A DNA stretch of 61,199 bases, counting the filler, from Platydemus manokwari (Eukaryota), in assembly GCA_037951405.1 (NCBI GenBank). It is 5 parts of 5 records of this genome, joined end to end, with 100 filler letters (N's around TTAATTAATTAA, not from the genome) between each part and the next. Parts side by side here need not be neighbours in the genome. Positions count along the whole stretch, not along the records: positions 51,835 to 61,199 come from JBBMOY011259319.1; 4 more parts are not named here. The stretch is one strand, 5' to 3'. The position numbers and the translations under genes were made by a program. The notes beneath the pieces are model-generated. The model ran no database searches. It was not told the DNA's origin and saw only the letters and a program-made list of their open reading frames with translations. Numbering within the stretch: position 1 is the stretch's first letter; each line of letters opens with the position of its first letter. Shown here piece by piece: positions 51,835 to 61,199 of the stretch.

Positions 51835-52549
51835 AACCTACCAACGAACGGCAGTGTAGTCTTATTTAATATGATTTTATTGATGAATTTGTTTAGAGAT
51901 TCCCTAGAATATTTTATTTCTACGGTAAAGCTAATTACATCTTCCTTTAGCACACAGAAGTTATCTTTTTGAATTTTAGTGTTAGTTAAGCTTTTTTTTC
52001 ATCATTTACTGAACAGTGATTATTCAATATATGTATGCAAATAATTTTACATAATGATCATACATTTTTCATATTTTCCATTATTGAACCTATTAATTAA
52101 TTTCCTTTTCTCATAATTCAGTCAATTCAAAATTTTCATTTCAATCAGTTTAACTAAAAGACTAACAATAATTTTCACTAATTTATATTTTTCCCCATTA
52201 TACCAATTGGTCAGAAAAAATATTAAGATTTTAAATTTCTAAAAATTTCAAACCGCTAATTAAGAAAACAGTCCTAATATATTTATCAAAAAAGAGTAGT
52301 CAACACAAAATTCATATTTCAGGAAAACTTTAATAGTCAGATAAGATTAATCAAGATACTAATTGTAAAATCGAATTATGTAAGATTTTGGAAACAAATG
52401 AAAAAAATCATTTAGAATCTGATAATTTTTATTAAAAATTTGAATTTCTACAAATATTCTACGTTTTCAATAGACAGAAAATATAATTAAATCTCAATTG
52501 ACTGTTAACATGTAAATATCACAAATACAAAACAATAAACAACCAAAAC

Positions 52550-53062
52550 TGTGAGAGTTTTTAAATGGATTGCATTTTTAAAGATTTAATTCAGATTTGA
52601 TATAAAATTATATTTATTTGTTTGTATAATTATATTTAAATATATAATTTTCTGTCATCATTTTTCAGTTCATTTTCGATGCTTGCTTTATAAAAAAATA
52701 GTAGCGGCTTACATGGTGACCACGCATCTGGATTCGATTCTGAGAAAATCAATGACTAAAAATCATGGAAGAAAAGGATGAAGACATAGAGAAGATATAA
52801 AGGAGATAGAGGATAAATAGAATTTTATGTAGATAAATAAGTTGAGTATTCGATAAGAAGTCAATTAATAATACAAAGAAAATCAAAGACTTCAAAGAAA
52901 GGGTGGTGAGAATTTTTAAATAGATTATTTTTTTAAAGATTTAATTCCGATTTATATAAAATTATATTAATTTATTTATATAATTGTATTTAAATACATA
53001 ATTTGGTGTCATGATTTTTCAGCCCGTTTTCAATGTGCTTTATAAAATAGCAGAGGCTTATA
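52550..53062 (+). mobile_element. Full-length TRIM-like non-autonomous LTR retroelement (513 bp)
   Basis: 5' LTR 52550-52713 (TGTGAG...GCGGCTTACA). PBS TGGTGACCACG at 52714. ~190-bp non-coding interior. PPT AAAGAAAGGG near 52894. 3' LTR ~52905-53062. Perfect 5-bp TSD AAAAC at 52545-52549 and 53063-53067. Confidence 0.9.
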
Positions 53063-56000
53063 AAAACCACGAAAGAAAATTTTTTTTTAAATAAACAAAA
53101 AAATTCAAAAATCTATTAAACAATATATTACATAAATAACACCAACAATAATCTTAACTAAAATTTGTCAGCTAATATCCATCATATTCTTGAAAATATA
53201 CATTTATTAATAAAATCACAATATGAATTATAAATATAAATGTGTCGATAAAAGGTTTCTGCTAATTATTTTCTCTACTATTAATATTCTGCTTTCATCA
53301 ATTTTCCTATCAAATTCATTTGGGTATATAAATTGTGTCATTATATATTAAAAGTATCATTATTTTCTGATACATCAAAAGATTCCGAATTTTCAAACCA
53401 TGCATATTAAAAAGAATGCTTTTCCGTATGAATTGAATAATTAATTCTATTAGGAATTTATTTCAAAAAGTACTTTTATTTTCAAAATCAATTAATCAAT
53501 TGCTATAGCAATTCAATTTCTTGTTCGAAAATGAATTTCTCAATAAATTCAACTTCAATATTTACAAAATAAATTATCATACGTTTAAATATTGATATTA
53601 ATAGTATTGTTATTTTCCGTTATCAATAGTGATTCCTTTACTGTGTATATCACAGCAAAAACTTGTATTATTTATGGATTTTATTTTAGTTGGTTTATAC
53701 TTTAAATGTTTCACTAAATCATTAATTGTTGTTTTGTAAAAGAATTCTTCATAAAAAGAGCTACTGCATTAAATTTTGTTAGAATAATGAAATTCGGTGA
53801 CCAAGGCATGTCGAAAAAATCGTTCAAGAATCAAGATCATGTTAACAGTGTTTAACATTATAAATTCCTTTCGTTGGACCAAAGTGTTAGTAAGGAATAT
53901 TACTTACGTGCTATGTGTCGTTAGTGTAAGGCTAGATTTATGGGCTAGAAACTCTTGATTTTTGTACCACGATAATGCTATTTCAAGTTGTATTGGTTCT
54001 TCGAGACTTTTTCATCCAAAATTCGATTCATTGCGTTCTACAAACCCCGTATTAGCCTGTTATAGCACAGGATTATTTATGCTTATTCAATAATCTCAAA
54101 AATTCATTCCGCTAATATCGTTTTGACTAGATATCGTTTTTGACTAAATTAAGTCAAATCGAAGAAAGTATTGAATGCCATTAAACTTTAACAACTGCTT
54201 CGGAGTGGGATTGAAATTACTTTCAAAGTGATAAAATTGATTTGGAAAAATAAATAAAAAAATTTCATTTTGTTTCAAAGTTCCCAGTTATATTTGATCA
54301 CAATAGTATAAACACTAGAAGGAACACTAATTCCACCCATAACCATGAGACAAAAAGATTTGGAATATGAATATACGAAACTGACTGAGAAGGAACATCA
54401 AAGACTCTCAAGATAAAAGGCACGGGGAAAGAAAGAGATAATTAATTTCGAGGAATAATATTGAACATAGATCAATACTATAGGGGATCAAAATAGGAAT
54501 TAAGAACGGTTAGTGCACTCTAAAATTTATCTGTTGAAGCTAAAGGTAATAAATTAATCATCAAATATGAGAAAAAGAGTGAGTGATGAACTCCATAAAT
54601 GACTGAAAGAGATTTGCTGAAATGAAGTCAGATTGAAGATGATGACAGATTCTCAATGCAAAGTGAAAAGTGATAATAAATTTAAATAAATTGCTTATGA
54701 CTTGAGTAAATGGAATATGAACTTTTGAACTATTATAATACTTATTCGAATTATATGAATATTTTATAACAGAAACTAAAACTTTATTTTGTCAATATTA
54801 AAAAGGGAAAGATAACGAATACCAATATATCAAGTGATATCTCGAATGAAAACAAATCTAAGTAAATGGAAAGGGAATAATACCGAAATTATTCCAAAGT
54901 AGAAAACCTACTAGCTCTACAGGAAAATCTAATATCATCACCAATACTAGATTGCATATACAGTCTCAATCTAGACTATTGAATAAATCGGAGGAAAAAA
55001 TATGACAGGCAAAACCCAGTATGAAAGAGAAGTAAAAAAGTAAAAAGTTAATTAAGAATATATCACGCTGATTATGTGTTATTAGCTACAAATTATAAAT
55101 AACGTGTAGTAAAACTAGAAAAAAAATAATTAAAAGGGCAACTTAGTAATGTAATTAAAATAAAACTATTTTGACGTGATTATATAATCGAATAAAGATT
55201 TATTCATATTGGCGCTAATTACATGTTCAAGGTATAATTTAATATATCGATAATTCATTTGCAAATAGATAGTTATGTTATTTTAATTTTTTTTCGGCAA
55301 ATCTATTTTGAAAATTTTCCAATCGATAATAATTGGATGAATTGTCTATAAATATCCTTAACAGACATTAATTGCTTTTAGGCATTTGTATCTCAGTATG
55401 TATATTTACATCATATTTTCTTACTGTTTCAAGTAATATTTCCAACGGTGCAACTGTTTTAAATGATTAATAATGTTAGATGTTGACTTTTAAAATACAA
55501 TCTTCATTATTGATGGACTTATAAACGTTTCAATACAGCTCTTTCAACGAGTTTCAAATTCTGGTGTCTTCTTCGCCAAAGATTATTCTAAGACTAGCAT
55601 TTTCTGAGAACTTAGTTTGAGTAATCATAGAAAAGAGAACTTTTCTTCCATTTTGCTGAAGCATATCTTTTTCAAATTTTTATAGGAACATAGTTCTTAG
55701 CCACACATATTTGATCATTCCCACATTTTCTCTCACAGTTGTGTGGCTTTACCGCGCAGATGTTGGCAGTGTGAACTCTTTTCATATGAAGGGGCGTCTT
55801 AAAAATTCTATCCCATTTTGAAACCGTATAATTAAGCTTGGGATTTTGTTATTAATTTATTCTTTAAGGGGGAACTTTGAGTTGTGAATACTACTATTAT
55901 TTAAGTTCTTCTATGATATCTATGAAAAATCTATCACTAACTCATTTGAATCATTTGATTATTTTTCTCAAATCTACTCATCATTTGTTTCTCTAAATAA

Positions 56001-56076
56001 TATATATTCATGAAAAATAACAATCAATGATTGTTGTCAATTGCAAGAACATTCATATGCTTGTAAGTTATCGGAT

Positions 56077-56097
56077 ATCTATCTATCTATCTATCTA
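56077..56097 (+). repeat. (TATC)n microsatellite
   Basis: About five TATC units. Confidence 0.8.
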
Positions 56098-59000
56098 CCC
56101 ATACACCCATACAAGTTTGGTACATGAAGTGAAAATTTCTCACCAATTCCTCATACATGATTTTTGATTTTTGAAAACCTATTTTCGAGATCTAATGGAA
56201 TGCACAGAAGGAGTAAAATGATATTGTGAAAGGATTGTTTGATGTATTTGTCGAACTTTAGTAATAAACATCATGTTATTTCTGAATTTTTCGTTGAATA
56301 ATGTAAGTATTTCGGAATTAAATTCTTGAATATCATATAACTTTCTGGATCAGTATGTATCAAATGTGATTTTCTTATTCATACTTATTATGTTTTACAT
56401 CATTTTCATTTTGTATAACTAAATATTTTAGATTCCATCATATGTTTACTTGATATTTTCGTTATTATTTGTCCATCATATTAATCATACAATTTTTCAT
56501 TGTTTTTCACCTCGTAAACAGAGTTGGAGACTCTTTATGTTCAGTTACTGTCTATCTTGCAGATTAGTAAATTCTTAACATGAGTAACTATATTTTAATT
56601 GATTCATAAGTATTACATTTAGTCATATAAATCATTTAAATAGCTTTTAATTTTCGAAATTTTGATTCCGTTAATTTTAAATTCCAATATACATGAAAGA
56701 AAATCGATAAAATTTCTCGGTTGATTTCAAAATTTGTGATAATTTTTAATAGAAATTTGAAATGAAGATTTTACTTTTCAAAATATATTTTCACGTGAAA
56801 ATTATTGTTGAAATTAAATATTATCATTCAATTATATTCTTAGAAAAAAAATTGAGAAAATCTTAGAAAACAAGACCTAAACTGTTATAAATTTATTTCA
56901 AATGAAAAAATATTTATATTTTTCGAATGATTTCAGAAATTTTATGTAACCTTCCGGTAATTTTCTATAATTAATATATCAATATAATTCTAAAAAATAA
57001 ATATTTTCTTTAAGATTTAAATATTTTGAAAAAACAGAAATAGATTCAGAGTTGGAAATAATCCAAAATCTAAATCTGAGTTTCACAATTTTTGATTTCA
57101 TCGATTTGTAAAGTCATAGATATTTATAAATTGTAAAACTGATAAAAACTTTTGACGATTCAATGGTTCTATTCATTAAATATCTATCTATTCATTAAGT
57201 TCTTTCACTTGTATTTTTTTCACCAATTATTTTTCAGGGTTTCATTAATATTTGTTTTCCATTTCATTTTTGCGGAAAATTAAAATCAACTATTATAAAT
57301 TATCATAAAAATTATTGCTAATATTAGCATCTGTCAAAATAAAAACTATAAAGCTTCGATTTAAAGAAGTGATAAAATAATGTTTATCATTTGACGAAAT
57401 ATATTTGCAGCATATCAAAATTGTCAATTGATTCAACTTCATAGATGAGTTTTCTTTTATTTTCTCACACAACAATGATAATTGTCTAATATTCAATAAA
57501 CTATCTCAACATTTCTTGAAAATATAATTGTCCATTTAACAATAAAATTGAATTGTAGCTATTTATTATTCATATAATTGTTATTGAATATTGTAATTGA
57601 AACGTCGGAGTTTAATAAAAATAATTTTATAATTTCTATAAGACCGGAAGGATCAAAATTACGGGAAAGATGATTACATTTCAAAATAAATACCGCTTAT
57701 TGAATATTGTTTAATTTTCAATGACCGGGACTGAATGTTAAAGTTTTTTTGATTTAACAAACCCTGTTTTACTCAAATCATATTCTAGTGTCATTAATGT
57801 TTTGAGATTTAAAATTATTTTCTTTCATTTCAATAATACAACGATAATGATGATATATCTACTAAATTCAGTGTACTAAATCGATAAAAATTTATTAGAA
57901 TCATTTATGTTCGATGAAGTAAATTTTTTCAAATATTTTTTCAATTTTATACAAAGGAAAATCAAACATGACATTTCCTTCTCATCAGAATTATTTACAT
58001 GGTTGATTCTGATAACTTGAATGATAATCATTAATTGATACAAATCAATGTCTCAAAACCAAAATTTGTCATCCAAATTCGAGCTCATTTTCGTAATTTT
58101 TAAACAATTTTTTATAAATAAATTAATTTTTCCGATTTTTATGCAAATAATAAGATTTGTTTCAAAGATTTTAATTATTGAAAATGTAGAATTCACGTAT
58201 TTTAGCGTGGGCTTGATATATTCTTGCGCTTTTTAGATGAATATTCATCGATAACATTGTCTCTTATTTAGAAATTATTCCATAAACCTTGAAATATTCC
58301 CCTTCTATATCAAGTGCCAACAAACTTAGCTACTATTAGTCATACAATTAAATTTTGAACACATTATGATTCATATTAATTAAATCACTACACACAAAGA
58401 GCTCCACAAAATAACAAAAATCTTCATGATTAATTTTTTACCAATAAAGCAAGATATTTTGTTATTTAATTACTCGTCCAAATCTATAGTTATTATTTGA
58501 CACTATTCATACACCAATAAACATAAATTTTATTTATATATTATATATTTTTTGGATATTTTGAAATCAAACAATAATTTTATTGATTTTCTGTCCTTTA
58601 TCTTGAAATCCTTTTACATAAAACTTTCATTTGAATAATTTTTAAAAAATACAAACCATTGTAAATATCTAAATTATTTTATCATTTAAAATTGGAAATA
58701 ATCTCCAAAATCATTGTTTTTTTCATTTTTTTTAGAAAATAAATAAAATATCATAATGGAATTCAAGTTATTAAGACAGTTCAAACAACATATTGAAATA
58801 GCGTCAAAATATCCTTGTATTCTAAAAACATTAACTTGATCTTTTACTTTTAAATTTTCAAAATAGATTTAATTATAACTGTGAGTTGCCAAAATTTCTT
58901 CATTCTTAATATTCAAATCAAAAGTCATGTTTACAATAAAACAAAAAATCTAGTCGTCAATATATCAATTTTCAAACAAATTTTAAATAGCAAAATTTAC

Positions 59001-61199
59001 CTCCATTTTATTTGTCTTCATTTTTAATTTAAATATAAAAATGCCCATATTTTATATTATTTTTTTAAAGGATTAAATTTTAATACTTTTAAAACTGATA
59101 GTTTAGCAAAATTTTTAAGCAAGATTAATATGCTATCTTAAATTTTAATATAATTTTTTAAAAATATCTTTTGGTTCAATTGTTAATAATTTTAATCATA
59201 TAAAAATTTTAATTATTTATCGTATTTGTAAATAAATCCTAGAATAACATCAAAATAAATAAAATTACTTTCTAGATTTTTATGAAAATTGAAGATTTTA
59301 AATTACATTTTTTTCAAGTAAAAGTTGAATTATGCATTTCGATTATTTCATTCAATTATGTTTCTAAATATACACATATACTTTCATATCCAGTAACTAA
59401 TCCAGAATTCTATATATTCCATTCGCAAAAAAATTCTTATTATGAAGAATGATTGAATAAAAATAACAAATTTGATCAAATGATCTAATAATACAAAATA
59501 ATTTTTAATCTTGATTCATAATTTTATTTTCTTGTTGCAATTTCAAAACTTACAGCCACACTTGTAAAATTGATTTATTTATTAAAAACAATCTTTTTTA
59601 AATAAAATTAATAAGTGATAAAGCAAAGATATTTCATCAGATTATCCCAACCAATCAATTTCAAAATAATTGACAGAAAATCAATACAATTTCGAAATTG
59701 ATTTCAAGATATCAAATTAGTTCAGATGAACTGGTAAAGTGAAATATTAGTACATTAAATTTTTAGAGAAACTTAAATCAAAAGTACTGTGAAATCCAGA
59801 ACTGATTCTAACCTTGATAATAACAATTGTTGAATTTATATAATTTTTATCAAAATTACTAATATAAATATCATTTCATTCTGGTACTATTCAAATATAA
59901 TTTCGTTGGCTTTTTTCCATCATTTTATAGTAAATTTAGTATGTTTATATTTGTTATCTATTTTACTTACTTCAATATATTATATTCAATAATAAAATAA
60001 TTAAAAAGATAATTAATATTCTTATTAAATGATTTATTCAATATCAGATCCAAACAATATCGATTTTATTATTGCTCATGAAATTCTATTACAATTCAAA
60101 CAAATAAACAATTAATTAAATTTAAAAAAAAAATAAAAATAACTACCTTTAAATCCCCAGCTTCAATGTTGCTTCCAACCAGAGTTGACATTGAACTGGC
60201 TCTTTTCATACTAGAAAAAATAATTTCCTTAGTCGAACAAGATTGAGGAAGTTAATATTGTTTACTGATAAATAATAATCAAATCATGTATTATAATCAA
60301 ATCAGTACCATACATTACTACAAATATTCTTTAGAATATCAATTTAACATAAATGTTATAAAATATATGATTGTAACTTAAATGATGTTGAAGCTCATAT
60401 TTAATTATTCGGTAATTCTACTCCTAAATTCATTCTGAGTACTTAGATTAATTGCAGATAGGGATAAATGTCATATGTGACAATAGCAACAAAAGGCCAA
60501 TACCAACCAGTTTCATTATGAATTAGATTAATTATATAATTCTCATAATATTCATAAATTAGAATAATCAGATAACATGCTCAATATAGGAATTTTCTAT
60601 TCATATCATAAAGATACTTTATTAATGTTGAGCGATATCAGAAATTTTTAAATGAACTAAACTGCTACGATCTGTGAAAGAAATAAATCAAAATAATAAT
60701 CAGGATATAGAAATCGAATGATATCGAAAATTTAAAAATTGCCAGTTTTCAATGTAATGACTATAAAATATACAGGCCTAGTTCAGTTTAGACATTTATC
60801 TGTGACGAATAAAATGAAATTTATATTGAATTTATAATATTAAAGATAATAAATTTTCCTTTAAGTATTTTCTATCGAAATCTGTATCGGCTTTTAATCT
60901 TTTTCCAAACAATAACTGCTAAATAAAATATGATATTCCTGTAAGTTTTAATAAGAAATTGTTCAAAATAATACCACTATTTTTAAAATAATACAAAATT
61001 AAAGTAAAACTAACTTCTGCCTAAAAAAACAATTGAAATTAAATTTATAAGACACTTTCAATAAAAATGTTCAGTTTCTAATTTATTAATAAAATCAAAT
61101 ATTTAGTAATTTAATCCTACTCCTTGTATTGGGTGTATAACCTTAAAATTTCGATTTGATAAAAGATGTCGCTGGGAGTATTGCTTGCATATAATGTCG

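Noticed and set aside
54114-54146. ATATCGTTTT(T)GACTA direct duplication
   Set aside because: Only two adjacent units with no spacer, consistent with simple slippage rather than an array.
57960-57995. CTGATGA-GAAG-GAAA on the minus strand resembling a minimal hammerhead ribozyme core
   Set aside because: No credible stem II, stem III or stem I pairing. Other CTGAnGA hits (7431, 15005, 22354, 36719) also lack the fold.

Overview
A very AT-rich eukaryotic (metazoan) window. The short 44-55 nt introns and the repeat landscape suggest a planarian-type flatworm, but this is inference only. It is five contigs joined by an artificial 100-bp linker (44N-TTAATTAATTAA-44N at 19612, 29414, 38233, 51735), so adjacency across linkers is not biological evidence. 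Supported genes: a 19-exon classical calpain (7434-12294, ~720 aa, intact Cys/His/Asn triad) containing a U12-type minor-spliceosome intron; an inverted intron-retaining calpain 3' pseudogene; a PKA regulatory subunit with an intronless CDS, RII architecture and an RI-like pseudosubstrate site; two exons of a PDZRN3/PDZD4/Slip1-like gene missed by the ORF track; a 1211-aa low-complexity orphan ORF; and a 3-exon ~523-aa orphan with an N-terminal membrane anchor. The most notable non-genic signal is a tiny non-coding LTR retroelement family (TRIM-like, ~165-bp LTRs with PBS, PPT and 5-bp TSD), seen as a full-length copy, a tandem array and a solo LTR. Also present are an 8-bp-TSD MITE family (4 copies), hAT-type mini-elements and several decayed Ty3/Gypsy fragments. 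No rRNA, tRNA or CRISPR was found. All gene models and alignments were derived by eye.
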